64,000 nt of DNA from a virus, in IMG/VR virus record IMGVR_UViG_3300023178_000019, positions 1 to 64,000 of that record. One strand, 5' to 3'. The translations under genes and the position numbers were made by a program. The notes beneath the pieces are model-generated. The model did not search any database and was not told the origin of the DNA. It was given only the letters and a program-made list of their open reading frames with translations. How positions within the stretch are numbered: position 1 is the stretch's first letter; each line of letters opens with the position of its first letter. Below are positions 17,402 to 26,979 of this stretch, piece by piece.

Positions 17402-17942
17402 TTTCAGCTGTTATGTATTTTTTAGTTTCGCTTAGTATGTTTTTTATAACTATATCTTTTTGATTAGATTTTTTTCTAATATCAAAAATAATTTTAGAAT
17501 TTTTATGTTTGTGTTTTTGTATCAGATGCTTATATGTAGACGCTGGATAATGAAAGCCGCAGCTAACAGCACTATAAAATAAATCAAATTTTATATTTTT
17601 GTCTATCTGAATGTTATTTGCATCTATAAAAACATACTCCATATTTCTTTCATCATATGTCTTTTTTAAATCTGTAATTTTACTGTAAAATTTAAAATCT
17701 TTTACGCCGCCGTAATTAGCATCACGAGGGTTATCTTTTGTATTATCAAAATCACCGTCTAACAAATATATTTTCGTTCCGAAGGTTTTATGAAAATGTT
17801 CGCTTTCTCTAGCAATACCACATCCTATATCTAACATAGTTTCTACAGGTCCAGTATAAGATGATATTTTTTTAAATATTTTTTCTTTTGACTCGGCATG
17901 ATAAGAGTTATTAAGCCAGCCTGTTATCCACTTATCGTCCAT
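17379..17942 (-). CDS. Class I SAM-dependent methyltransferase
   Basis: MLDIGCG motif I, FDL..S..SCGFHYP. Confidence 0.75.
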   Translation of the reverse strand: MDDKWITGWLNNSYHAESKEKIFKKISSYTGPVETMLDIGCGIARESEHFHKTFGTKIYLLDGDFDNTKDNPRDANYGGVKDFKFYSKITDLKKTYDERNMEYVFIDANNIQIDKNIKFDLFYSAVSCGFHYPASTYKHLIQKHKHKNSKIIFDIRKKSNQKDIVIKNILSETKKYITAEIEFKNEI

Positions 17943-18516
17943 TTTTTAAATCCCAAGTAAAACTAAAGTCGTCTATTACATATGTAACAACAGTATTTAT
18001 TGGGTTATAAAACTGCAAATCAATTATTCCAGTGCATAGCATTGTATCTGCTGGCATTGCACCGTTAGTTTCTACAAAGTTTACAAGTTTTTTTGCACCT
18101 TGAGGACTAACACAATATCCCATTGCGCCGGCCCACCATTCACCTAAATAAATTTCCTTTGCTTTTTTATTAGTAGAAAGTTTAATAACATCATTAAATT
18201 CTACTTCCGGAAAAGATTTATGTATTGTAACATCATGCTCTAATATACAAATAGATTCGTCAAGTTCAATACATTTTTTCCATAATCGATAATGACTTAA
18301 GAAACATCCAACAGTGCCAACACGTTCAAATGATGCAATAGCCTTTTTATATTTAGAATTAATTTTTATGTTATAATCTTTTAACGTTTCTTTTTGTCCG
18401 TTACTACCTTCGAAAAAATATACATCCCAGTTATGCATCCTAGCAGACTTGTATGCTTTTTGTGCCCATTCTACGCTGTTAGGAAAATCAGACAATCGTA
18501 TAATATATGATTTCAT
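17932..18516 (-). CDS. Glycosyltransferase family 25-like
   Basis: YIIRL, GCFLSHYRLWKKC, ILEHD, GYCVSPQGAKKL, PAD. Confidence 0.85.
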   Translation of the reverse strand: MKSYIIRLSDFPNSVEWAQKAYKSARMHNWDVYFFEGSNGQKETLKDYNIKINSKYKKAIASFERVGTVGCFLSHYRLWKKCIELDESICILEHDVTIHKSFPEVEFNDVIKLSTNKKAKEIYLGEWWAGAMGYCVSPQGAKKLVNFVETNGAMPADTMLCTGIIDLQFYNPINTVVTYVIDDFSFTWDLKNGR

Positions 18517-19145
18517 TCTAAATAATTCCTGTATACATTGAGATATTTTTCAGTTTCTTTTTGTTCACCTTTAAGAGTTAAAAACGCACTAGGGTGTTTA
18601 AGTTTACCTATTGTAATCCAAAGTTTATCTGCTGCTTCAAATTTATACTTGTTTGCAAGTTGATTTAATATAGTTTGATCTCTTCCCCACCGCCATTTTT
18701 CAATCGGAGTAGAGGTTAGCTCGCTTGCATATTCTTGTCTAAACCCGTTATCGTTAAATGTAACGAATCCTGCAAGCCATCTGCTTTCTTTATGATGCTT
18801 TAGTACATATTGTTTTTCAAATAATCTCTCTGTAGCAACTTTTCCAATTCTACGTGTGCAAATAGTATCAGCATCAAGAGTTATAACATTTTCGTTATTT
18901 TTAAATTTATTAGCAACAGCTAAAAATCTTACACTTTGTAAATATGATATTTTTGATTCGTCGTTTACAAATTCTCGTTCTTCGGTAGTTATACTAACAT
19001 TATCTAAAGAATTTTCAACAGTAGGATTAACAATATGACAATGTAGATTAATCCAAGGGTTGTGCCTGTGAATACTTTCTAGTAAAGGCACAGCCCATTT
19101 ATTATAGTATTCTTGATCTACACCTAATAAAATATTACACTTCAC
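18513..19145 (-). CDS. GT-A fold glycosyltransferase-like protein
   Basis: LDADT DxD, RFL, DQTILN. Confidence 0.6.
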   Translation of the reverse strand: MKCNILLGVDQEYYNKWAVPLLESIHRHNPWINLHCHIVNPTVENSLDNVSITTEEREFVNDESKISYLQSVRFLAVANKFKNNENVITLDADTICTRRIGKVATERLFEKQYVLKHHKESRWLAGFVTFNDNGFRQEYASELTSTPIEKWRWGRDQTILNQLANKYKFEAADKLWITIGKLKHPSAFLTLKGEQKETEKYLNVYRNYLE

Positions 19146-19804
19146 TTTTTTGCCTTTGTTAAACTATAAATTTTTTGATCTATTGGTCCTTTAAATATTC
19201 CAAAACTTCTATTAGTAGAATCAAGGGTATTGTAATTAGATCTTTTTTTAAAAACGTGCATTTCCGGTAAAGTATAAACACTAAAATTTTTGTATATAAA
19301 GTTTCTAACACTTACATCAGATGCCCAATGTAATGTTTCTGTATCTAAAATATTATTTGCAAAATTATTAACAATATCAATAATATCTTTTCGAAGGATC
19401 ATCATTGCCATGCCTCCTTCATCGCCGTTCTTTTTTAGTCTACTAATATTAATAGCTTCGTGATTTTTAAAAATATTATTAATTATTTCTTGTGGTATAG
19501 ATTTAAGAGCAATAAGATCAATGTCAGAAACAACAACATTCTCGTTTACTACTGGCATACTTTTCCAACGACTTAGTGCGTAGTACCCTTTAGTATCTCT
19601 TCCTGTTGTATTATACTTTTGTTCTATATCTTCAAAACTAATATTTTCTTGGTTTAAGTAAGATATAGTAGAATTATTAGGTAGTTGATTACCTAAAAAA
19701 TATAAAGAAAATTTTGAGTTAGGATAAAACTGACGAATAGTTAAAGAATACAAATTATAAAAATTATTATAATATGTATTATCGGCAGCAGTGTGGAAGA
19801 TCAT
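19142..19804 (-). CDS. GT-A fold glycosyltransferase-like protein
   Basis: SDIDL DxD; similar layout to adjacent gene. Confidence 0.5.
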   Translation of the reverse strand: MIFHTAADNTYYNNFYNLYSLTIRQFYPNSKFSLYFLGNQLPNNSTISYLNQENISFEDIEQKYNTTGRDTKGYYALSRWKSMPVVNENVVVSDIDLIALKSIPQEIINNIFKNHEAINISRLKKNGDEGGMAMMILRKDIIDIVNNFANNILDTETLHWASDVSVRNFIYKNFSVYTLPEMHVFKKRSNYNTLDSTNRSFGIFKGPIDQKIYSLTKAKK

Positions 19805-20256
19805 ATCGTAGCATCTTCCATTCCTGCTACACGTAGTTTAACTACGTTTGTAATTTGCCACTGCTTTTGATCAAGTGCTTTAAGCACACCTAACCATTTA
19901 TTTCTTATCAATGCAAATTCATTGATAATTTTTTCATAGTCAACTACATCTGCTTCACCGTCAACGTATTTTTCAACGTCACGACTAGACAAAGCTCTTT
20001 GATAGTTTTCAAGATACTTTTTAAAATATGAGCTACGCAATCTACGTAGCTCAATATTTAGATAGTTAAGAATGGCTTCAATTTCTTGTAGTTGATTAAA
20101 ACGATGTTCTACGATGCCTGGCATAGCAGCCGCACTTTTTTCGACATTACCTACGAGCTTACATTCTGCTCGTGCTTGTATCAGTTCTGTTTCAAAAAAA
20201 GATACAGCATCCGGTATTTTAGAAATGTCACGGCTTACTTCACTATACCATCCCAT
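19801..20256 (-). CDS. uvsY: Recombination mediator UvsY-like
   Basis: Helical 151 aa, DVEKYVDGEAD, KQWQITNVVKLRVAG; downstream of uvsX. Confidence 0.75.
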   Translation of the reverse strand: MGWYSEVSRDISKIPDAVSFFETELIQARAECKLVGNVEKSAAAMPGIVEHRFNQLQEIEAILNYLNIELRRLRSSYFKKYLENYQRALSSRDVEKYVDGEADVVDYEKIINEFALIRNKWLGVLKALDQKQWQITNVVKLRVAGMEDATI

Positions 20257-20486
20257 TACCAGTCCTCTTCTTCGTCCTCGTATGTTTCTTCATCGTCTAA
20301 TTCTAGATAATAATTAATAGCAGAATCTAGTTGAGCATCTGTTCCGAGTAGTTCTTGGAATGTTTCGTCACTAATGCCATAATCAGCAAGTAGGTCAACA
20401 AAACGCTCAGCTGCCATTTCAATATGTTTCTTATCTAGATATTCTTTGAACATCATCCAAACATCAGCAATTTGATCTTCATTCAT
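20256..20486 (-). CDS. Small acidic hypothetical protein
   Basis: 76-aa ORF coupled between uvsX and uvsY. Confidence 0.7.
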   Translation of the reverse strand: MNEDQIADVWMMFKEYLDKKHIEMAAERFVDLLADYGISDETFQELLGTDAQLDSAINYYLELDDEETYEDEEEDW

Positions 20487-21570
20487 TTACGGTTGGCTCC
20501 TCGATTAGTTCGTCAGTTGCTTCTTCGTCAACTTCAGAGGTATTTACCATAGAAGCTTCTTTAATCAAGTAATCTGACATAACTTTATCGAGTAGTTCAC
20601 CGTTCCAATTTTTACGATATTCAAGTAGTTCTTCACCGTCCACTGTTTCGTAACGCAAGCGATTGCCTTGTTTGACAATAACGCCTTTTGCTTCAAACAG
20701 TTCAAGTAGTCCACTGTAAGGATTCATACCTGTTTCGTATGGAATCTTAACCTGCACACCTTCAAACGGTTTAGCATAACGTGTTTTCATAACCTTACAG
20801 GCTGCACGAATACCACGCACTTCGCTAATCTTGTTACCGTCTTCATCTTCTTTTAGTTTCAACTTCTTCATTGCAACTACAATAGATGATGCATAGATAA
20901 AACCTTGACCACCTGAAATCTTATCATCTGGATCAAACATATCTTGCGATGCGTATGTGTGGTTAGTTGCTACAAGTCCTACATTATGTGAACCAAACAT
21001 GTTAACAGTGTTACGAACAAGTGAAGTCAATGCCTTAGGCTTACGACCCATATCGCCTTTCATATCACCTTTGTTAAACTGATCAACATCTGTAGGTGTT
21101 AACAACATACCTAGTGAGTCAACTACAAACAATACTTTAGGACGGTCTTCTTCCGCCATTGCTTTGTAGTCTGCCATAAACGTACTAATAGTCTTAGCTA
21201 CGTCATCAATCATTGACATGTTAAGTTTTAGTAGTTTATCTTCTGATGTATCTACATCAAGTGCTTGTAGCCATGCTTCGTCAAGTGCGTTCTCTGAGTC
21301 AATCAGTACTACAAAGATACCTTGATCTTGTGCGCTCTTTACAATGTTGCCTGAACAAATGTAAGATTTACCTGCACCTGATTCGCCTGCAAATACACTT
21401 ACTTTGCCTAGTGGAACACCTTTATTCCAATCACCTGAAATAAGATAGTTGAGTGCGTAGTTACCTGTGCTAATCCAATCAGTAGGATCGTTAAATCCTG
21501 CACTCATGCCTGTAATGGATTTAGTTAACGAAGTTCGAAACTTCGTAGGATCGAATGCCTTTGTTGCCAT
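20479..21570 (-). CDS. uvsX: RecA/UvsX recombinase
   Basis: ISTG, GESGAGKS Walker A, IDSENALD, VVDSLG, SGG.G..YASS. Confidence 0.95.
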   Translation of the reverse strand: MATKAFDPTKFRTSLTKSITGMSAGFNDPTDWISTGNYALNYLISGDWNKGVPLGKVSVFAGESGAGKSYICSGNIVKSAQDQGIFVVLIDSENALDEAWLQALDVDTSEDKLLKLNMSMIDDVAKTISTFMADYKAMAEEDRPKVLFVVDSLGMLLTPTDVDQFNKGDMKGDMGRKPKALTSLVRNTVNMFGSHNVGLVATNHTYASQDMFDPDDKISGGQGFIYASSIVVAMKKLKLKEDEDGNKISEVRGIRAACKVMKTRYAKPFEGVQVKIPYETGMNPYSGLLELFEAKGVIVKQGNRLRYETVDGEELLEYRKNWNGELLDKVMSDYLIKEASMVNTSEVDEEATDELIEEPTVNE

Positions 21571-21585
21571 ATGTATCTCCTATCT

Positions 21586-21617
21586 AAAAAGCATAATGGG
21601 GGATTGCTCCCCCATTA
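21586..21617 (-). terminator. Intrinsic terminator-like hairpin between gp32 and uvsX
   Basis: TAATGGGGGA-GCAA-TCCCCCATTA stem-loop followed by TGCTTTTT. Confidence 0.75.
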
Positions 21618-21621
21618 ATTA

Positions 21622-22611
21622 TTACTGTCCTTGACGTGCTCTAATCATTGCTAGAATGTCTTGAGCATTGCCACCTTCTGCAGGAGCCGCTTCAGCCGCT
21701 GGTGCTGGAGTTGCTGCTGGTGCTGCCTCTGCTACTGGAGCAGGTGCTGCCTCAGGTGCAGGTGTTGCCGCTGGTGCAGGAGTACTTGCTGCCGGAGCAA
21801 CAGGATCACCTGTACGTGCTGCCATACCTGCTGGACGGAAGTATTGACCCCATCTAGCTTCGTCATATGCTTCACCGTCTACTGACGCTTCAAACATTTC
21901 TTGCATGACTTTGAGTTCAACTTCACCTGGCTTCTTAGGTAGGAAGTCACTTAGATTAAACAAGCCGTGTGTGTTAACAGCAGCCATTTCTGAATCACCT
22001 AGTGGACGCTCTCTACGTGCCCAATTAGATGTTGAGTAGTCTGCGTATCCGCCTTTGGATGTTTTGTTAAGACGGAAGTCAACACCAGCAGTGTAATCTG
22101 TTGGCAACTCTTCCATATCAGGGTCAAGCAATGCTGACTTGATAATTTCAAAAATTTGCGGACCGATAATAAAGCGTCTAATTGGATTCTCAGGTGCTTC
22201 ATCATCTGCTAGTGGATTATCCACAACAAATCCTTGGAAGATATAAGAGCGTTTCTTCCAATACTTACGACCCATATCTTCTAGACTTGGATCTTTAAAC
22301 CAGCCACGCACTTCGTTAAGAATGTTACATGTCTCGCCGTACATTTCCATACATGGAATTTGTACTTGTACTGGACGTGAATCAGTTTGTCCTTTTATAC
22401 CTGCAAATGGAAGTTTGATAACAAGACGTTCTTTCCAAAAGAAAGTGTTGTCTTGATTGCCATCAGGAAGGAAACGAAGCACTGCGCTTTCGCCTTCTTT
22501 AATATTCCAAAACGGGTAAATTGGGTTTGGACCGCTTGGTCCGTTTGAACCGCCACCTTGACGTGACTCTTGCTCTTTTAGTTTAGCTCTAATTTCTGCT
22601 AATGATGCCAT
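21622..22611 (-). CDS. gp32: Single-stranded DNA-binding protein, T4 gp32-like
   Basis: AVLRFLP, C.E..GETC.I, YWKKRSY, G.DFRL.K..KGGYADYSTSNW; AGGAGG SD. Confidence 0.85.
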   Translation of the reverse strand: MASLAEIRAKLKEQESRQGGGSNGPSGPNPIYPFWNIKEGESAVLRFLPDGNQDNTFFWKERLVIKLPFAGIKGQTDSRPVQVQIPCMEMYGETCNILNEVRGWFKDPSLEDMGRKYWKKRSYIFQGFVVDNPLADDEAPENPIRRFIIGPQIFEIIKSALLDPDMEELPTDYTAGVDFRLNKTSKGGYADYSTSNWARRERPLGDSEMAAVNTHGLFNLSDFLPKKPGEVELKVMQEMFEASVDGEAYDEARWGQYFRPAGMAARTGDPVAPAASTPAPAATPAPEAAPAPVAEAAPAATPAPAAEAAPAEGGNAQDILAMIRARQGQ

Positions 22612-22671
22612 AGTAATGCCTCCTATAATTTATGCCTATGTGCTTTGTGCCTTTTTAACTTTGTAGCACAG

Positions 22672-22705
22672 TATTTATAATACTATCAACTACTTAGTAT
22701 GTCAA
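22672..22705 (-). promoter_or_regulatory. Composite promoter for gp32: sigma70 TTGACA-N17-TATTAT overlapping late TATAAATA
   Basis: -35 22705-22700; -10 22682-22677; TATAAATA 22679-22672. Confidence 0.75.
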
Positions 22706-22745
22706 GCCTTTTTTAAAGAAAAACTTGAAAAACTTTTAGAGGGCT

Positions 22746-24593
22746 TTACAGCCCTGCTAATCTTACAATATCTGCTGATTCAGTACTAGCAACTTGGTCT
22801 CCCATTGCCATTAACTTTCTTAGCATTTCTTTATCGCCTTTGGCTTTGGCTTGTTTTATTAATTTTTCCCAAGTTTCTCTATTTGGGATTTGTAATGTTT
22901 TTGACCACTCGTCGTCGGTAGGTGTTAATGTATCCATAAGTTCTGGATCTCTATAGCCAATTACTTCTGCTACACGACTATTGATACGCTCAATAAACTG
23001 TTTTGCAGGATTAATAAACTCCTCACCATAATCTTTTTCTACCATAGTAAGAACTGCTGTTTCACCTTTTGGGAAGTTGCCTGTTGTATAATCAAAATAC
23101 GAAAGGATAAACTCGCCTAACGGTGTTTTGTCATCTTCTTGTTCGATTTTAATCTTTTCGCCGTCCGGTCCGTCGATCTCATCGCCTTTTTTCTTGCCAT
23201 TCATTTTGGCTTGACGTACTGCATGTGCAAATGCATTGCCTTCGTCTGCGTCAGTTTCTTTTTCGCTAAATTGACCCATTAACTCTTCAAATGCATCATC
23301 TATTGCTTCGTCAGTCGTGCCTGAACGTGTTGTTAGGCCGCCTTTTAACTCTTGATATACGTCTTGTAGTTCATTGTGGAACTTATGTCCAAAGCCACTC
23401 TTTCTAATATGATTATACATACACACTCTAGGATCATTTAAACAGCCGTCGATAATACGTCTGATAGCAAAATCATCCATGCCGTTGTCTTGCATAATTT
23501 GAGTCATCATATTTAATTGTGCTTCGTATTGTGCCTGACGATCTGCTCTGGCTTGTTGAAAGTCTTGCCACTTACTTTTAATCCAATCAACAATACCTTC
23601 GTCTAATTGATCAGGTCCTAGTTCTTCTGCTTTAGTTGCTTCACTTACAAGATTATAAATGTATGGGAAAACATCTTGTAGTTCTTCGTTAAATTGCTTA
23701 ATAGTAAGTTGATCAATCCAGTTTTCTGCAACATCATTTGGAACATCTTCTAGTACAGGTGCTTCATATGATTCTGCTGCTTCTTTATAAAAACTTTCTT
23801 TTTGAAGATTTTGAATTTCTTTTTTAATGTTTGCTGCACGTTCTTTAACAACATCAACATACCCTGCTAGGCTTTCTGCCATTACACTTGAACGCTTCAT
23901 GTATGAATTAAATTTACGCAACTTTGAAAGTTCTTCTGATAGTCCAGTAATATGTTTACCAAAGTCGTCGTATGGATTACCACCTTCGGCAACATGACGA
24001 GCCATTGCTCTTGCACCACTTAAATGCTTGTAAGGATATTTAAATTTTTCACCTTCTGCATTCTCTACAAATATTGCAGATATCTTTTGACTACGTGCAG
24101 TAGCACTTTCGGTATTAATTGCCTCAGTGTGTTTAATAGATAGCTTTGCATTACCTATTTTTTGAAAACTTGTTTTGTTTGTTCCATACATTTTTGATTC
24201 GTTCATTTGATCTTCCTCAGAGCGATTTGTAGCTAAAAAGTCATAATCTCTTTTGTCTAAATTTGACTTAGTTATATTCCTTGTATCAAAATTTAACATA
24301 CGTTTCTTACTAAACGTGCGAAGTTCTTTTAAAAAGTTATACCAGTTATCTCTAGTTGCTGAGTCTTCGTTTGCAACAAAATCGTCACCATACATAACAC
24401 TTAAATTTTCTTCATCAATTGATATACTTACTTGTCCTAAGACTCTATCCGATTCTTTGTATTCAAAATCAAAAAATCTAGCATCAGTTGGTACATTAGT
24501 AACTTCACCATCACCATTACCGATAGTAACTCCTGGGAATCTACCTCTAATTTTATTAAAAAGTTCTTCTGCGATATTGTCTAGGTTTTTCAT
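22746..24593 (-). CDS. Large hypothetical (probably head-associated) protein
   Basis: 615 aa from ATG 24593 preceded by TAAATA-N5; next to terminase. Confidence 0.75.
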   Translation of the reverse strand: MKNLDNIAEELFNKIRGRFPGVTIGNGDGEVTNVPTDARFFDFEYKESDRVLGQVSISIDEENLSVMYGDDFVANEDSATRDNWYNFLKELRTFSKKRMLNFDTRNITKSNLDKRDYDFLATNRSEEDQMNESKMYGTNKTSFQKIGNAKLSIKHTEAINTESATARSQKISAIFVENAEGEKFKYPYKHLSGARAMARHVAEGGNPYDDFGKHITGLSEELSKLRKFNSYMKRSSVMAESLAGYVDVVKERAANIKKEIQNLQKESFYKEAAESYEAPVLEDVPNDVAENWIDQLTIKQFNEELQDVFPYIYNLVSEATKAEELGPDQLDEGIVDWIKSKWQDFQQARADRQAQYEAQLNMMTQIMQDNGMDDFAIRRIIDGCLNDPRVCMYNHIRKSGFGHKFHNELQDVYQELKGGLTTRSGTTDEAIDDAFEELMGQFSEKETDADEGNAFAHAVRQAKMNGKKKGDEIDGPDGEKIKIEQEDDKTPLGEFILSYFDYTTGNFPKGETAVLTMVEKDYGEEFINPAKQFIERINSRVAEVIGYRDPELMDTLTPTDDEWSKTLQIPNRETWEKLIKQAKAKGDKEMLRKLMAMGDQVASTESADIVRLAGL

Positions 24594-24604
24594 ATTAGTA
24601 TTTA

Positions 24605-26185
24605 TCAATAGTTTGTAGATATGAAGATTGGCATTGGTGCATCATAATCGTCTATGTCTTCTGCTTGATTAAACGTGTCGTATACTCTTGGATCCCAATC
24701 TTTAAGAACATCCATCATCCTTATAGCAAGTAATGTTGCACTTACTAAATCGTCTGTCATACCTACTTTAGCTTGAAAACTTGTATTAGTAGCAACAAAT
24801 CCTTTTAATTCAGATATTAAAGGTTTTGAATGTACAGTCATTCTATCATTTTCAATCATAGTTTTTAAACGACTACACGCTGTAATCTTTGTGCTGTGTG
24901 TAGTATTAAACCCTTTACGAAACTTGCGCACATGTCCTTTGCGAATAGGTTCAGACACAAATAGTCCTGGTATATTCTCTTCCCCAAAATCGTTTATAAC
25001 GATTAGTGCTGCTTCTCCGATACCGTTATTTTCTACACTCCAATATACTCCATTGGGATTATTAGTTTCATTTGCAACATATGTACAAATATCTGACAGT
25101 ACACGTATTTGTCCTGGTATAGCAGTTGTATTGTGTTGCCATTCTGCAACCTGTTCGTATGTAGGAAGTTCTATGACTTGAATTGCTGCATAGTCGCCGC
25201 CTGTACCCATTGATGGATCAAGTGCTACACAATAAGTATACTGACTGGTTGGCTTTTTATACCAACGTGTTTGTCCCATATTAATAATTGGAGACACACC
25301 TTCCATTACTGCTAATTTAATACTGTTAATAAGTGTTTCATCAAATACTAAGAATTCGCAGCCGTATTCACGTCTAAATTTTTCTTCACCAATACGTCCA
25401 ATTTCTGCCACTTTCCATTCTTCGTCACGATCTGGATGTTCTTCCCAACTTGCTCTAAATGCATGAAATCCGTTTACGCCTACTTCTTGTTCGTTACCGT
25501 GTTCGTCAAACTTTTGTTCTGCTTGTTTCCAAATAGTAGCAAATGTATCTTCGTCTGAGTTTGGTGTGCTTGTTATAATAGCACGACCACCTGTTGCTAG
25601 TGTAGGTGATATTGAAGTCCAAAACTCTTCCGCAATGTTAGGTTGTACAAACGCAAACTCGTCACAGTATAGTAATGAGATACTCATACCACGTCCTGTG
25701 TTGCCTGTTGTTGTTTGTGATACAATACGTGATCCGTTTTCGAACTCAATGCTACCTTTGTTATATGAAGTAACACCTGCTCTAATATGGTCTGGACACA
25801 TCTCGTATACATATCTAATACGTTGCATAATTTCTTGTGCACCTGTGTATTTGTGTGCGGCAATAAGAATAGTTTGATCTGGATTAAACATAGCATACCA
25901 ACAAAGATATATTGCGGCACAGGTAGTTTTACCTGTTTGCCTTGGCATCATATTAATATTAAAACGATAACTGTGATACGAATGCATCAAACGTAACTGG
26001 TACTCGTATGGCTCAAACAACAATTTACCTTTTACAGGATGTTGAATATAACCAAAATGTTTTGCAAAATACAGATATCCTTCATCGGGATCCATACACA
26101 ATGCAAGATCTTGTATTTGTTGTTCAGTATATGTTTCTTTTGTATTAGCCTTTTTGGTTAATACACCGTCTAAACTTTTACTCAT
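24605..26185 (-). CDS. terL: Terminase large subunit (T4 gp17-like)
   Basis: YQ, RQTGKTT, LLYCDEFAF, ITSTPN, FRREYGCEF, nuclease LDPSMG.GGDY, DDLV; start 26185 after TAAATA-N4. Confidence 0.97.
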   Translation of the reverse strand: MSKSLDGVLTKKANTKETYTEQQIQDLALCMDPDEGYLYFAKHFGYIQHPVKGKLLFEPYEYQLRLMHSYHSYRFNINMMPRQTGKTTCAAIYLCWYAMFNPDQTILIAAHKYTGAQEIMQRIRYVYEMCPDHIRAGVTSYNKGSIEFENGSRIVSQTTTGNTGRGMSISLLYCDEFAFVQPNIAEEFWTSISPTLATGGRAIITSTPNSDEDTFATIWKQAEQKFDEHGNEQEVGVNGFHAFRASWEEHPDRDEEWKVAEIGRIGEEKFRREYGCEFLVFDETLINSIKLAVMEGVSPIINMGQTRWYKKPTSQYTYCVALDPSMGTGGDYAAIQVIELPTYEQVAEWQHNTTAIPGQIRVLSDICTYVANETNNPNGVYWSVENNGIGEAALIVINDFGEENIPGLFVSEPIRKGHVRKFRKGFNTTHSTKITACSRLKTMIENDRMTVHSKPLISELKGFVATNTSFQAKVGMTDDLVSATLLAIRMMDVLKDWDPRVYDTFNQAEDIDDYDAPMPIFISTNY

Positions 26186-26198
26186 ATTGTATTTAACC

Positions 26199-26225
26199 AA
26201 AAAAATAGGCACTAAAGTGCCTATT
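26199..26225 (-). terminator. Intrinsic terminator upstream of terL
   Basis: AATAGGCAC-TTTA-GTGCCTATT followed by T run. Confidence 0.8.
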
Positions 26226-26245
26226 GATTCATCTGGGGGGATGTA

Positions 26246-26977
26246 TTATTTTTTACGGCAAGATCCTGGCTCGCCTCTTTTCTTACCCGGAACTTTTTCA
26301 TAACCGTCCCAGCACTTGTCGTATACTTTACTGTTGCCGTGTGCTTCGTCTACGTCTGAGTCAGTCTTTTTTTTTGACTTGGCTGCGTGTACTGCTTTAC
26401 GCTGTGCATCGTTAGCATACTTGCCTTCGAGTGCTTTCATTAATTGTTCTTTAATTGATTCAACAGCCATTGCATTATCGCCATCTTGTGCTTTAGCATA
26501 CATTTTCTTTTGTTTGTTAATACCGCCCGAAAGTGTTTTAGTCATATAATGATGATCTTGGTACTCTGGTGCGCCTTCTGCATCTTCAGGTGCATTTTCA
26601 AAATCTTCTTCTTCTTCTTCGGCTTCTTCTACACCCATAATTGCTGCTTTCATTGCAGCCATATCAGGCTCGCCTGTGTTGTGCGAGTCTTTATCAATAT
26701 GTGCATCGTGTGCCATTGGCATATCTACATGTTGTTCAATACCAGCTGCTTGTTGCATTAGTGAAATTAAATCTGCAACATTGTCTTTTCCTGAAGCAGT
26801 AACACTAACTGTAACTGGTTGTTCTTGTGTTGGCGCTGACATCTCTCCCATGCCGCATTCTTGTAATGATTCTAAAATTACTTTCATGTCATTCACATCT
26901 TTTGCAGCCGCTGAAGGTTTTTTTCCTTTTTCAGCTGCATCAAAGTTTTTTAGTATGTCTAGCATATTGTTGCTCAT
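26246..26977 (-). CDS. Acidic hypothetical protein (possible internal head protein)
   Basis: 243 aa, low-complexity acidic; C-terminal CWDGYEKVPGKK module. Confidence 0.7.
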   Translation of the reverse strand: MSNNMLDILKNFDAAEKGKKPSAAAKDVNDMKVILESLQECGMGEMSAPTQEQPVTVSVTASGKDNVADLISLMQQAAGIEQHVDMPMAHDAHIDKDSHNTGEPDMAAMKAAIMGVEEAEEEEEDFENAPEDAEGAPEYQDHHYMTKTLSGGINKQKKMYAKAQDGDNAMAVESIKEQLMKALEGKYANDAQRKAVHAAKSKKKTDSDVDEAHGNSKVYDKCWDGYEKVPGKKRGEPGSCRKK

Positions 26978-26979
26978 TT

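Noticed and set aside
21648-21885. Plus-strand ORFs with Cys/Trp- or Leu-rich repeats (e.g. RWCWSCCWCCLCYW)
   Set aside because: Antisense shadows of the Ala/Pro repeat tail of gp32; no SD or promoter
22706-22745. tRNA or ncRNA in intergenic gaps
   Set aside because: All gaps are short and explained by promoters and terminators; no cloverleaf seen
7635-26185. Inteins or introns in UvsW, UvsX or terminase
   Set aside because: Lengths and motif spacing are normal with no insertions
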